Shown here one piece after another: positions 43,288-54,525 of a stretch of 64,000 nucleotides of DNA; the stretch's first letter is position 1; every line of letters starts with the position of its first letter. The notes under the pieces are model-generated. The model ran no database searches, was not told where the DNA came from, and saw only the letters and a list, made by a program, of their open reading frames with translations. The position numbers were made by a program, and so were the translations under genes. Source of the DNA: an uncultured Methanosarcinaceae archaeon (GTDB lineage Archaea; Halobacteriota; Methanosarcinia; Methanosarcinales; Methanosarcinaceae); NCBI GenBank assembly GCA_963727895.1, contig CAVSHT010000004.1, positions 64,001 to 128,000 of the forward strand. Direction: 5' to 3'.

Positions 43288-43677
43288 AAACAAGAACAAT
43301 GTTAAGTGCCAAAAAAGCAAAATGAAGATATTGTTTAAGCTAATTTTATTGAAAAATTAAACAATATTTCCATTTTTCGTTGTTTATTCTCAAGTTCAGT
43401 TAATAATACTCATTCAGTTTTAAAATTTTGAATTTTTACTTCAAATTGTAAAACAATGATCCAAACAATTATGAAAATCAAACTTGGAAGAAATAGTTTG
43501 AAACTCTAACGAGCCTCTAATAATATTGCTCAAAAATAATAATATTGCGTGAGAAAATGATATTTAAGCTGTTTATTGCTAAAGCATTTAATTCTTCATG
43601 GTGAAGGGCGGTATATGGATCTCACTGATGTACTTAATTCTGTCAAAGAAGGAAAAATCGATATTGAAACTGCGGAT

Positions 43678-44362
43678 GATGGCAGAAAGAGGGGTAATAG
43701 TCAACCATACAACCATTATGAGATGGGTACATCAATACTCACTTGAAATCGAAAAGAAGGTCAGAAGACATTTAAGACCAACTAATGACTCTTGGAGAGT
43801 GGATGAAACATACATAAGAGTTAAAAGTGAATGGAAATATCTTTACCGAGCAGTTGACTCAAATGGAGATACAATTGATTTCATGTTAAGTGCAAAACGA
43901 GATCAAAAAGCAGCAAAACGTTTCTTTAAGAAAGCTTTGAACTCTAATCATAATCAAATTCCAAGAGTAATAACAGTTGACAAAAATCCAGCTTATCCAC
44001 CTGCTATAGAGAAACTGAAAAATAACAAAATACTACCTAGAAACGTAGACATTAGACAAATCAAGTATTTGAATAATATTATAGAACAAGATCATAGATC
44101 CATTAAACGGGTAGTTAATCCAATGTTAGGATTTCAGTCTTTTCATACAGCCATTAAAACTTTAAAAGGAATTGAAGCGATGAATATGATTAAAAAAGGA
44201 CAAATCAAAAATTTTAATTATTCTGGTTTTAATGAAGCTAAATATATTAATCAATTATTTGGAATAGTTCTATAATATTTACACATTTTTTTAAATATTT
44301 TAACTTTTATTCATTATTCATAGATTTACAGGCTTATTCTAAAATTTTTTGCAACGGGACCC
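43678..44362 (+). mobile_element. IS6-family element lacking its left end and first ~36 codons
   Basis: MMAERG...QLFGIVL near-identical to 18030-18734; right IR at 44362 and an extra IR at 44403. Confidence 0.9.
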
Positions 44363-44597
44363 CATTTATTATATCTTTAGAAAAATTTTTTTGCAATGGA
44401 ACCCGTATGCTTAATCTTAAGCACATAATTCGATATCAATAGAGGTTTATGTGCCTAAAAAGGCGGAACTTATAATATAATATTTTTTAGTTCATGATTT
44501 CCGCAATTTGTACTTTTATATGTAAACTTGCTAATTACGACTCTCATTTAATTTCATACGTAACTATTATATACATCAAAAATGCATATGGCATCAG

Positions 44598-44617
44598 TTA
44601 GTTACATAAGTAACTAA
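44598..44617. promoter_or_regulatory. Palindrome, candidate MarR operator
   Basis: TTAGTTAC-ATAA-GTAACTAA ~30 bp after TTATATAC, upstream of the MFS-marR pair. Confidence 0.55.
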
Positions 44618-44823
44618 TCCATGATATAGCACTAACAGATAACAGTTCAACATATAAAAAAGACAGCTGAATCGAAACAGCCTGTGATCTGGTCAACCAA
44701 CAAATAGATACGAACATATATGCAGGCATTTCCAAATGCAGATCTGGCTTTTCTCAATACATAAAACAAGTGGCACATTCAACTAATTTTAAGAGTTCTT
44801 TAAAAGAAAAAGAGATATGAGAT

Positions 44824-46026
44824 ATGAATTCGAAAAAAATAAAATTATGGACTAAAGATTTTGTAGTCATTTTCATTGAAAATTTTCTAGCCGCTTTAAG
44901 CTTTTACTTATTAATGATAGTTATGTCTGGATATGCAATGAGTAAATTTGACTCATCACCAGTTGAAGCGGGTTTTTCTGCCAGTATATTCATAATTGGC
45001 GGACTTATTGCGCGTCTGTTTATCGGGAGATGGATAGGGCAAATCGGTCATAAGAAGACACTTTGTATGGGAGTCATTTTAAGTTTAATTATGACGGTGT
45101 TATATTTTGAGGTTAATAGTGTAATCCTTTTGCTTACTGTCCGCTTTCTTCATGGTGTAGGATTTGGTATTACTGCTACAGCAACGGCTACAATCGCTGC
45201 GAATATCATTCCTATGGGAAGGAAAGGCGAAGGTATTAGTTATTTTGGATTAAGCCAAATACTTGCTACGGCTATCGGTCCTTTTTTAGGTATTTTCATT
45301 AGCCAGCATGGCAGGTTCAGCACGATTTTTGCTACTTGTATAGTTGCCTCAGCAATCGGTCTTATGATTTTGCCATTTTTATCATCTTTACATAATATGG
45401 ACTTAACAAAAGAACAGTTGGATAAAATGAAAGGATTCAAATTAAACAATTTCTTTGAATCCAGGGTGATTCCAATTTCAATCATTGCTATGTCTATTTT
45501 CATTTGTTATTCGAGTGTTGTGTCCTTCCTTGCAGTGTACTCACAGGAAATTCATCTAGTAAACGCAGCCAGCTTCTTTTTTATAGTATATGCCGCAGTA
45601 ATCTTAGTTTCGAGGCCTATTATTGGTCGATTGTTTGACTTGAAGGGTGAAAATGCAATCATGTACCCGGCAATTCTAATATTTACAATTGGAATGCTTC
45701 TGTTTAGCCAGACTCATCATGGTTATACACTTTTGTTGGCCGGAGCTTTGATAGGTCTTGGATTTGGGGCTATACAATCCAGTACTCAGGCCATTTCTGT
45801 AAAAATAACTCCGCAGCATCGTATGGGGTTGGCGAATTCAACCTATTTTGCGTTTTCAGACATCGGAATGGGGCTTGGTCCTTTGGTTGTTGGATTTATA
45901 ATTCCTTTTACCGGTTACAGAGGAATATATACGGTTCTGGCAATTTTTGCGGCGGTCTGCCTGTTATTGTATTACTTATTATATGGAAAAAAAGCTGTGC
46001 ATGGGAAAGATAAAGCAGGTTTCTAA
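44824..46026 (+). CDS. MFS transporter
   Basis: 12 hydrophobic segments; GRWIGQIGHKK motif A, RFLHGVG and GRLFDLKG. Confidence 0.92.
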   Translation: MNSKKIKLWTKDFVVIFIENFLAALSFYLLMIVMSGYAMSKFDSSPVEAGFSASIFIIGGLIARLFIGRWIGQIGHKKTLCMGVILSLIMTVLYFEVNSVILLLTVRFLHGVGFGITATATATIAANIIPMGRKGEGISYFGLSQILATAIGPFLGIFISQHGRFSTIFATCIVASAIGLMILPFLSSLHNMDLTKEQLDKMKGFKLNNFFESRVIPISIIAMSIFICYSSVVSFLAVYSQEIHLVNAASFFFIVYAAVILVSRPIIGRLFDLKGENAIMYPAILIFTIGMLLFSQTHHGYTLLLAGALIGLGFGAIQSSTQAISVKITPQHRMGLANSTYFAFSDIGMGLGPLVVGFIIPFTGYRGIYTVLAIFAAVCLLLYYLLYGKKAVHGKDKAGF

Positions 46027-46103
46027 AAAGGACCCGACGAGTCAAAATGTTTTTTAAAGTTATCTTAAAGCGATATGACGAGCAAAAAATAGAGGATAAA
46101 ATT

Positions 46104-46570
46104 ATGGTAGATCCAAGAGAAATTTGCGGTCCTATTTCCATTATCTACCGGAGCCATCTAGCATATATGGCAAAGGAACTCAAAGCTTACAGGATCGGAA
46201 GCGGGCAATTTGATTTTTTAATGGTTTTATATCGTAAGGATGGCATCTCTCAAGAAACCCTTGCAAAAATCCTGAAAGTTAGCAAAGCAACAAGTACCAG
46301 AGCAATCCAGAGCCTGGAAAAAGAAGGTTATGTGACAGGGAAAAAGATGAAAATGATCTTCGGGCTTATAAGGTTTACCTTACCGAAAAAGGTATGGAAA
46401 TAAGAGATGTGATTCTGGAAAAATCGATTTATTTTGTCGACACTCTCCTTTCGGATTTCACACATGAAGAAAAAGAAATTTTCAGGCGACTGATCCAGAA
46501 GGCTTCACATCAATTTCATGAAACGAAACTCAAGCCTCCGTATTTAGACAAGTTGGATGATCTGGAGTAG
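46104..46570 (+). pseudogene. MarR family regulator, frameshifted
   Basis: DGISQETLA...KATSTRAIQSLEKEGYV, then REKDENDLRAYKVYLTEKG in the shifted frame. Confidence 0.85.
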
Positions 46571-46731
46571 AAACTAGAAGGAAGCACAAAATATGGGGCA
46601 GTGTACCAAAAGTTTTGTAAGTGCGACAAGAAGTTATGTCATAAATTGCCTTGTGCTACTCTTTCCATTTAGAGTAACCCTATTATGAGGTGCATCAGCA
46701 GTAATGCAGTTGTGCTAAGCTCATAAGGCAA

Positions 46732-46880
46732 GGTTGTGGTGCAAAAATAATATTTCCGCAGTTTGATACTATAATTCTTACCTTTTGTACCATTTTCCTG
46801 GTGATGAGATTGATTAACATTCTTAATTGTGAAGGCTTTCAGTGATTTTATAAAATGGTCTGATTTTTTGCAACGGAACC
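46732..46880. mobile_element. ~150-bp IS6-ended MITE truncating an IS6 copy
   Basis: Family member with IRs; abuts the IS6 5' fragment 46881-47070. Confidence 0.8.
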
Positions 46881-47070
46881 CTCCTCTTTCTGCCATCATT
46901 TCCTTTAAATTTCGATAACTTAATGGATATTTTAAGTACCATCTAACATTCAATAAGATAATTTCACCTACAAAGTGCTTCCATTTAAAGGAATTAGATA
47001 GCATGTCACTACCTTTGATTTCATTTTTATTTTAATTATATCCTTAGCAGATATTTTTTGCAACGGAACC
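46881..47070 (-). pseudogene. IS6 5' fragment with left end
   Basis: MLSNSFKWKHF...MAERG plus IR at 47070. Confidence 0.85.
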
Positions 47071-47074
47071 TTCT

Positions 47075-47260
47075 CCTTTATAGATACGGTCGGATAAAAG
47101 AAGCTGAAGAACAATATAAGCTTGCTCTGCAAGTCAACCCAAATCACGTAGCAACACACTCAAATTATGGCCTTCTCTTTGAAGGAATGGGATGCACAGA
47201 AAAAGCTGAAGAACATTATAAGCTTGCTCTATAAACCAATCCAAAGCATGCCAACAAGTT
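47075..47260 (+). pseudogene. TPR-repeat gene fragment
   Basis: KEAEEQYKLALQVNPNHVATHSNYG...KAEEHYKLAL, between IS6 ends. Confidence 0.65.
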
Positions 47261-47509
47261 CTAAAATTACGATTTATGGTTCTGTTTCAAAAATTATATG
47301 GCAGAAGTAAACTCTGTTATGCAGCAAATAATTTAAAAAGCTATTTTTTCAGGAAGTTCTTATATACGAACATTTTACCTCAAAAAGTTCGTATATCGGA
47401 GTACCCCACAAAATTAGATAGCGTATTACTACTTTTTATTTCCTTTTTATTTTATTATGTCCTTGGAAGATATTTTTTGCAACGAAACCACCGATCTTAT
47501 TCGTCTTGT

Positions 47510-50278
47510 TTAAGTTTTGTTTTTTTGTGTTTCAGACTGAGCTTTGTTATTTGCTTCTAGGTACTTGGTGAGAGGTTTCAATGCTCTCTCATCTCCAATT
47601 TCTATAAGCAGAAGCACAGAGTTCCCTCTGATATTATTGTTTTCACTGCTAAGACCTTTTATAAGAGGTTTTACAGCCTCCCCTTTTCTATCTATAAAGG
47701 CTTTTGAGGCACTGCTTCTTACTTCTTTGTTATTGTCTCCTAAAGCTTTGACGAGAGTTTCTATTGCTTTTTCATCTTTTATCTCTTCTAAAGCAGTAAT
47801 AGCAGAAATCCTAATTCTAGGATCATTATCTCCAAGAGCTTTCTCAAAAGTTCCAATTTCTTTTGGATCGTTTATTTTTCCCAGAGCTTCTAAAGCAGTG
47901 CATCTTACTGTTTCATTTCCGTCTGTTGTAGCGTTAGCAAGCGCATTTTCAGCTGTACTATCACTTATATTTCCAAGGGCCCATGCTGAAGCGATTCTTA
48001 CATTTTCATCTTCATCTTGTAGTGCCACAATTAAAGAGTTTACTGCTCCTTTATCTCCTATTGTTCCAAGAGCCAGAACTGCGCTTTTCCTTACTATTGG
48101 ATCTTTACTGGACAATGTCTGAGTCAAAGGTTCAACAGCCTTGGGATTTCCAATTTCTCCCAGAGCAAGGGCTGCACGACTTTTTACTGAATTATTTTCG
48201 TTCAAAGCCGCGATAAGAGGGTCTACTGCCTGTTGATTTCCTATCTTTCCAAGAGAAGTTGCACTACACTCTTTCACGCTGTCGCATTTATCTATTTTCA
48301 AGGCAAGTGATAAGGGCCCAACTGCCTTTTCACTTCCAATTTCTCCAAGAGAGTAAGCTGCACAGGCTTTAGTTTCATTTAAATCTTTTACAAGTACTTC
48401 AATAAGAGGATCTACTGAATTTTTATCCCTTACTCCTCCCAGTGCAAATGTAGAACTGATTCTCATATAACTGTTTTCATTCTTTAGCGCGTTCAAAAGT
48501 TTCTCTTGTGCTTTTTTATCTTTTGGATCTACCCCGCAAATCTCTTCATATTTATTTATGTCTTGAGGATCAGCTTCTAATGCATTAATAAGTGAGGTTG
48601 TTTCTGATTTTCCAGTTTCTTCAAATGTTTTTGAAACCTCATCTCGGAAGTTTGCGTCTTTTTCTTCTATAGCTTGCAAAAGAGATTGGTTTCCATTTTC
48701 ATTGTTTTTAATTCCCATAAATTCAATAGAAGTGTTTGTTTTTTTCTTAAACAAGTCATTAAGTCCTGAAACAGCTTCCTTGTCTCCTATTTCAATTAGT
48801 GAAAATGTAATGTATTTTCTAGCTGTTTCGTTCTTGTTTTCAAGGGCTTTTGTCAAAGCTGGAACTGCAGGTTTTCCTATTTTTGTCAGAGCCAAAGCGC
48901 AGTTCAGTCTTAAGTCTTCATTTTTAGCTGAAAGATTTTGAATTAGAGGCTCAATGGCTCTTTTATCTCCTATCTGTCCAAGAGCCCAGGCTGCTGTACA
49001 AGATGCATATGTATCGTCATCTGAAAGGGTTTCTATAAGAGGTTCAACCGCCGGTTTTCCAATTCCTACCAGAATGTCTCCAGCATGTGATTTTATATTA
49101 CTATCTCCATCTTTTAATGCCTGAACAATTGGTTTAGTGTTTCTGTTTCCTGACTCCATAAGAGTCTTTTCAGTCATATTTCTGACTTCTTCATCAGGAT
49201 CTTTTAACTGCTTTATTAGAGCTGTTGTTGCTTCTTCATCTCTTACTTCTCCAAGAGCTTTCACAACAGAACCTCTTACTTCAGGATCATTGTCTGAAAG
49301 AGCACTTATCAAAGCTTTTTCTGCTCTCTGATCTCCGATATCTCCTAATTCAATAGCTGTAATACCACGGATTTCCGGATCTTTATCAGAAAGGAGCTGA
49401 ATCAAGGGTTCTGTTGCTTTTTCTTCTCTAAGTTCTCCAAGAGCTACAATGGCTCTTTTTCTTGTCTTGTTGTCTTCATCGTTCAGCTCCTTTATTAAAG
49501 GTTCAGTGGCTTTTTCACTCCCTATCCTTCCGAGGGCTTCCACAGCGTTGCTTCGAACCTCTCTATCTTCATCTGAAAGGGCCTTTATTAAAGGCTCTTC
49601 TACGTTTTTACCCCCCAGTTTTCCCAGTGCTTCTGCTGTACTGGATCTTACATCGCTATTATTATCTTCAAGAGCCTTACATAGAGCCTCAGTAATTTTG
49701 TCATTTCCTACAGACCCTGAGAATAATGTTGCCTTCCAATCGTCTTCCTTTGAAGAAGAACCTACATTTGCAATTTCTCCAAGAGCCCATGCTGAATTGG
49801 AACGCACTCTTCCGTCTTCGTCTGAAAGTGACTGAATTAGTTGTTCTTCTGCCATCTGGCTTCTTGCATTACCAAGAGCTAGAGCTGCATTACTCCTAAC
49901 TTTTGGATCTTCGTCCTGCAAAAGCCCTATTAAAGCTTTTTCTGTTTTTTGGCCACCGATATTTCCAAGAGCTAAAGCTACTTCACACTTTACTTCCGGT
50001 TTTCCCGAATCAATAGCATCTATAAGAGGATCTACAGCTTTTTCTCCCAGATCTTCCAGAGCAAATCTAGCCTCTGTTCTGGTGTTTATATCATCGGCAC
50101 CTAATTCTTGTATCAAAGGTTCTACAGCTTGTTGTGTCTTCGACTCATTTATATCTAATATGGTTCCACTTAAATTTTCATTGAGGTTTCCTTTTTTGCT
50201 TTCGTTGAGCCCTGCAGCAACTCCAACCATTGTCAATATAAATAGCAACAATAAGATTTTAGGTACTGAATGATTCAT
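47510..50278 (-). CDS. Large HEAT-repeat (PBS-lyase-like) protein with N-terminal signal peptide
   Basis: More than 20 VR..AA.ALG.IG...AV.PLI.AL.D repeats; leader KILLLLFILTMVGVAAG. Confidence 0.92.
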   Translation of the reverse strand: MNHSVPKILLLLFILTMVGVAAGLNESKKGNLNENLSGTILDINESKTQQAVEPLIQELGADDINTRTEARFALEDLGEKAVDPLIDAIDSGKPEVKCEVALALGNIGGQKTEKALIGLLQDEDPKVRSNAALALGNARSQMAEEQLIQSLSDEDGRVRSNSAWALGEIANVGSSSKEDDWKATLFSGSVGNDKITEALCKALEDNNSDVRSSTAEALGKLGGKNVEEPLIKALSDEDREVRSNAVEALGRIGSEKATEPLIKELNDEDNKTRKRAIVALGELREEKATEPLIQLLSDKDPEIRGITAIELGDIGDQRAEKALISALSDNDPEVRGSVVKALGEVRDEEATTALIKQLKDPDEEVRNMTEKTLMESGNRNTKPIVQALKDGDSNIKSHAGDILVGIGKPAVEPLIETLSDDDTYASCTAAWALGQIGDKRAIEPLIQNLSAKNEDLRLNCALALTKIGKPAVPALTKALENKNETARKYITFSLIEIGDKEAVSGLNDLFKKKTNTSIEFMGIKNNENGNQSLLQAIEEKDANFRDEVSKTFEETGKSETTSLINALEADPQDINKYEEICGVDPKDKKAQEKLLNALKNENSYMRISSTFALGGVRDKNSVDPLIEVLVKDLNETKACAAYSLGEIGSEKAVGPLSLALKIDKCDSVKECSATSLGKIGNQQAVDPLIAALNENNSVKSRAALALGEIGNPKAVEPLTQTLSSKDPIVRKSAVLALGTIGDKGAVNSLIVALQDEDENVRIASAWALGNISDSTAENALANATTDGNETVRCTALEALGKINDPKEIGTFEKALGDNDPRIRISAITALEEIKDEKAIETLVKALGDNNKEVRSSASKAFIDRKGEAVKPLIKGLSSENNNIRGNSVLLLIEIGDERALKPLTKYLEANNKAQSETQKNKT

Positions 50279-50310
50279 ATTTCACACCATTTCCATGAAT
50301 TCAATATTAA

Positions 50311-50428
50311 TAGGACTTACGCACTTGAAGTACAAAATCAAGAACAATTGACGTTGTGACGAATTCGGCGTTTTAGACAGTTAAGGGTTTAATGCTATTG
50401 ATTTCTCAGTCCAACTGCGTAAGTCCTA
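50311..50428. mobile_element. 118-bp MITE with IS701-type ends and ATTAA flanking duplication
   Basis: TAGGACTTACGCA...TGCGTAAGTCCTA, with ATTAA at 50306-50310 and 50429-50433. Confidence 0.85.
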
Positions 50429-50701
50429 ATTAATTTGATTTAGGGTTGTGTATCTGAGTTATTGATCATTTCCGAAAAAACGAGTACATCTTTCACATTT
50501 AATAAAAAATTAAATATAGTCTTATGTTTACGGTTTTCTATAACTCGGCCCCACGACCTGATTTTGGAATTTAGGATTTAGATTCTCTCCTATGCAGACT
50601 TTCTAAATAAGGAATCTATATTAATCACTAATTAATCTAAATTTAATAGTCTGGCACATTTTCTACTAATATATAGCCTCCTACGATTGAGTTATGTAAA
50701 T

Positions 50702-50955
50702 CGATTCCATTACAAAAAATCTCAGAATAAGCACGTGAATCTACAGACAATGAACAAAAGTTAAAATATTCAAGAAGATTTATCAATATTATAGAACTGT
50801 TTTAAATAATTGATTAACATATTTAGCTTCATTAAGATTAGAGTAATTTAGATTCTTGACTTGTCCTTTTTTAATCCTATTCATAACTTCAATTCTTTAT
50901 AAAGTTTTATTAGCAAATTGAAAAAATTGAAATCCTAACATTGGATTAACTATTT
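50702..50955 (-). mobile_element. IS6 right-end remnant
   Basis: Degenerate IR and transposase 3' end. Confidence 0.8.
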
Positions 50956-51126
50956 TCGACAGTGTAACATAAGTTCGGTTCTATTGCAAAAAATCCTAAT
51001 ATCCTTAGTTTGACATCATACATTTAATTTAGTGAGAAGCCTTAATTTTTGTCAAAAATCAATTGACAGTACTCATAAATTTCATCAAATTACTTCTATT
51101 TTTTTCAACTTCACAATCACTATTGA

Positions 51127-51259
51127 GAGCCTATCCGAAAAGTGGCTAAATGCTATCACTTTTACGATATGCAATATGCAAAACTGGAACGGATACTCTG
51201 TGATATTATAGACCTATTGTGACTATTCCACATACATCGCTGACTTTTTGGATAGGCTC
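51127..51259. mobile_element. GAGCCTATCCGAAAAG-ended MITE
   Basis: Inverted copy of 62547-62678. Confidence 0.8.
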
Positions 51260-51319
51260 TTAGGTTACATCTTCTTTTTTCTTTCCGTTTTTCCCATTAT
51301 ATTTTTATTGTGGGTATTG

Positions 51320-53542
51320 TCACTTTCCCGATCCTTTCTGCCAAAGGAGTATAAGTTCGTTGAGCCTTTCGTTCGTGAGTTTCGCTCCGGTTTCAGGGAT
51401 TCGTAGTCCATTGAGATATATATGGATAGCTTCCTGTAGTTCTTCGGTACTTATGTTTTCCCCTTCCTGAGAATTTTGGTTATCCCAGGGGTTCCAGTCT
51501 CGAACAGTCCAATTCCAGCTCTGAATTACTTTTTCATCCCCGTTTCTGGCTATTGCTGTAACATTATAAAAGTTGGGGGATAGTGTTGTATCTGAATATG
51601 AGTTGTTCTTAACGTTGGATTCTGAGATTATATTTTCTCCATTAAGATACCAGCTTACATCACAGGCATAGTTTGTACTGACACTAAACTCCTGCTTCTC
51701 TCCTTTATAGGTTGTAATATTTCCAGTGGGACTGACTAAGTTAATCAAAAGGGGAGGGACTACTTTTATATAACCAGTTTTTGTCTCGGTGTCTAATCCA
51801 TTGCTATTACCTATAGTCAGAGATACAGTGTAGGTCCCGTAAGAATTATAGGTATAGATTGGATTCTGAGTTGTTGAGTCGATTTTCCCATCACCATTAA
51901 CGTCCCATTTCCAGAAGAGAGCGTTTTTAGAAAGATCTCTAAACTGAACCGTAAGAGGATATCTCCCTGATGTAATATCTGATGAAAAATTAGCCTTGGG
52001 AAACTGACTATTAGTTGTGAAAGCTTTAATGCAGAGGTTTGCTTCCGAGTTGGCAGATATGTCTTCCCACTTAATTCCATCAGGACTCACATAACTTTCA
52101 CCGGGGTTGGCCTGAGCCTTACTACTGTAAAGAGCTATAGGTTCTTCAACTGCAAGGGGACCTGAAGCTAAAGGATTAATAAATTTTATAACTATCGAAA
52201 ATTTCTCTCCTGCATAGATTGGCACTGTGGAATTCAGTACATGTGTATGGTACCCTGGAAAGGAGTATTGCCCATTCTCATGTGCAACGACCCCCTCTGA
52301 TGAGTTAACGGGGCCTGATACAGGATTTTTGTAAACGTATATCTCATAAGCCGTGTTAAGGTCCGTAGTATAGAAGCCTATGGCTTTGAGAGTTTCATCC
52401 CTTTCTGAAGAGAAAATGTTGCTTCCCCAAGCAACCTGAGGATTTTCTGAATACTCTTTCGATGCTGTCCATCCCAAAGGGTCATACTGGTAGATATTAT
52501 CATAATTATCCTGACTTTCAGCTGTGAACACGGCATTTTCATCGTATCCAAGTTTTGTGTCGTAATATGAAATATAGAAGTATCCATCTTCACCCCATGT
52601 ATTACCCCAGCTATTCTTTGCTATAAAAGCTCCGTCTCCGGGGGGAACTTGTATAAATAGATTACGGTTAAAAGAGTCATTCCATCCTACAATAGTTATA
52701 GCGTGATTGACAGACAGGTTTCCTATGTATCGATAGGTATGACTTTTCTCTTGATAATAGGCTGTATTCCAGTACATTATGGAGTACACAGCTCCGTATT
52801 CCATAAGTGCCCTTTTAAGAATCTCGTTATCCAGAGACTCCTCTTTAGCTGGCAAGAATAGTGTCTCTTGCACATGTTTTTGTACTTGAAGTCCTGAAGG
52901 TGAGTATGTAGACGCTTCATTATAAGGGTCATCTGAGTCGTTCACAGGTCCACTCCAGCGGGAAAGGTATGCTGTTGATATGAACGCATTCCCACCATCG
53001 TATGGGGTAAGATCAAATCCTTGAGAATAGCTTTTTGAGACAAGATTTTTCATATTGTTTTCAGAAAAGTCATAGGTTTTTCCTTCTTTTCCTAGGACAT
53101 ATGATTCAAGAGATGCCATACTTGAAAAGGCCCAACAGCTTCCATCTGTTCCCTGATTCTTTACAGCCGTTACTTTTCCTTCCTTACGCAGATCATAAGC
53201 TATCGGAAGTTCTGAAGAACCTGAAGCTCTTAACAAAAGTCTTCCTTCAGGACTTGAACGTCCTGATAGGTTTACAGGTGAAGGTACATACCCTGTTCCT
53301 GAAGTCTGCTCGTAGTTGTTCCCTAGAGTTGGGGATTCAATTGAGCTAGAATACCGTTCTTCTAGAAAGTCAGGATTCATTGGCGCTGTTTCAATCACAG
53401 GTTCAACCATGGATTTAGCAGAATATGTGTAATTTTTTGGCATATCAGTTTTTTCGGTACTTTCTGCAGCAAAACATAGGTTGATCTGCAGGCATAAAAT
53501 TAAGACCATAAATACAAACAGAAAGAATTTTATCCTTTTCAA
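51320..53542 (-). CDS. Secreted papain-family (C1A) cysteine protease with lectin-like and PKD domains
   Basis: Signal peptide; QGTDGSCWAF, NHAITIVGW and KNSWG catalytic motifs; YQYDPLG lectin-like region; PKD WKWDVNGDG. Confidence 0.92.
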   Translation of the reverse strand: MKRIKFFLFVFMVLILCLQINLCFAAESTEKTDMPKNYTYSAKSMVEPVIETAPMNPDFLEERYSSSIESPTLGNNYEQTSGTGYVPSPVNLSGRSSPEGRLLLRASGSSELPIAYDLRKEGKVTAVKNQGTDGSCWAFSSMASLESYVLGKEGKTYDFSENNMKNLVSKSYSQGFDLTPYDGGNAFISTAYLSRWSGPVNDSDDPYNEASTYSPSGLQVQKHVQETLFLPAKEESLDNEILKRALMEYGAVYSIMYWNTAYYQEKSHTYRYIGNLSVNHAITIVGWNDSFNRNLFIQVPPGDGAFIAKNSWGNTWGEDGYFYISYYDTKLGYDENAVFTAESQDNYDNIYQYDPLGWTASKEYSENPQVAWGSNIFSSERDETLKAIGFYTTDLNTAYEIYVYKNPVSGPVNSSEGVVAHENGQYSFPGYHTHVLNSTVPIYAGEKFSIVIKFINPLASGPLAVEEPIALYSSKAQANPGESYVSPDGIKWEDISANSEANLCIKAFTTNSQFPKANFSSDITSGRYPLTVQFRDLSKNALFWKWDVNGDGKIDSTTQNPIYTYNSYGTYTVSLTIGNSNGLDTETKTGYIKVVPPLLINLVSPTGNITTYKGEKQEFSVSTNYACDVSWYLNGENIISESNVKNNSYSDTTLSPNFYNVTAIARNGDEKVIQSWNWTVRDWNPWDNQNSQEGENISTEELQEAIHIYLNGLRIPETGAKLTNERLNELILLWQKGSGK

Positions 53543-53922
53543 GATATTTGGCCTCGGTTAAATAAATTCCAGACCGAATTGTATAAAATTTTTGAGATCT
53601 GGTCAGGATATAAATTTATATCATTATTTTAGGACTAACTTTTATAACTATTTATGAAACTTGCCTATATATCCTTTTCCCACTGATTATTATTTTTTAT
53701 TATTTATATGGACTCAGTCCCAAAATCTAGTGATTTTTGCATTTTTTGATTGAAAATCTGAATTCGCAAGAAGAATCCAATTTTCATCAAAATCAATATT
53801 CGATATATAAAGACTTCAATCCCTAAGTACCCGCAAAGAAATAACTTAGGCACGTTTTTATACTGTACTCAAGTATTTTCGCAAACAAGCTCAATCATTT
53901 ATTTCAAACATAATTGTATCTT

Positions 53923-54033
53923 GACTATGTCACATTACAAGGTAAAACGTTATCATTATCTCATATCACAAGTATATTGTTCGTAGTAAAATCGATAACC
54001 GCAATTGGAATAACTGTCTAATCTGACATAGTC
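53923..54033. mobile_element. ~111-bp MITE with GACTATGTCA termini
   Basis: Inverted termini; near-identical copy at 62318-62429. Confidence 0.8.
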
Positions 54034-54094
54034 TAATTAAAATGAAATAAAAAATAAGAATATTATAGGCAATTTCATTGGTCATCGGTTAAGG

Positions 54095-54214
54095 TTCATG
54101 TCCAGAGACCTTTCGCAGTAAATCTGATTTAAATTTTCTGACATAGTCCAGTGGAAATATGGAATTCATCGGGAGTTTCATCGAGTGTTACTGCAGGAGG
54201 TCTGTGGACATGAA
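54095..54214. repeat. ~120-bp fold-back element with 27-bp imperfect inverted arms
   Basis: TTCATGTCCAGAGACCTTTCGCAGTAA ... TTACTGCAGGAGGTCTGTGGACATGAA. Confidence 0.65.
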
Positions 54215-54464
54215 GATTAATCCAATGTTAGGATTTCAGTCTTTTCAATCTGCTAATAAAACTTTAAAAGGAATTGAAGCTATGAATATGATTAAAAAAG
54301 GACAAATCAAGAAACCTAAATTACTCTGGCTTTAATGAAGCTAAATATATTAATCAATTATTTGGAATAGTTCTATAATATTGATAAATCTTCTTGAATA
54401 TTTTAACTTTTGTTCATTGTCTGTAGATTTACGTGCTTATTCTGAGATTTTTTGCAACGGGACC
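54215..54464 (+). mobile_element. IS6 right-end remnant
   Basis: NPMLGFQ... 3' end plus IR. Confidence 0.85.
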
Positions 54465-54525
54465 CTTTGATTTCCCATATCCCTTTGACTTAAAAGAGCC
54501 TACAACGGAATTGATGCGTGCTTGT

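Noticed and set aside
43598..43677. Novel N-terminus of the 225-aa IS6 ORF
   Set aside because: Chance read-in from flanking DNA. Another frame there gives MDLTDVLNSVKEGKIDIETA, a possible stub of an unrelated gene (LarB-like), too short to call.
47544..50273. Plus-strand ORFs within the HEAT gene
   Set aside because: Antisense shadows of a repetitive coding sequence.
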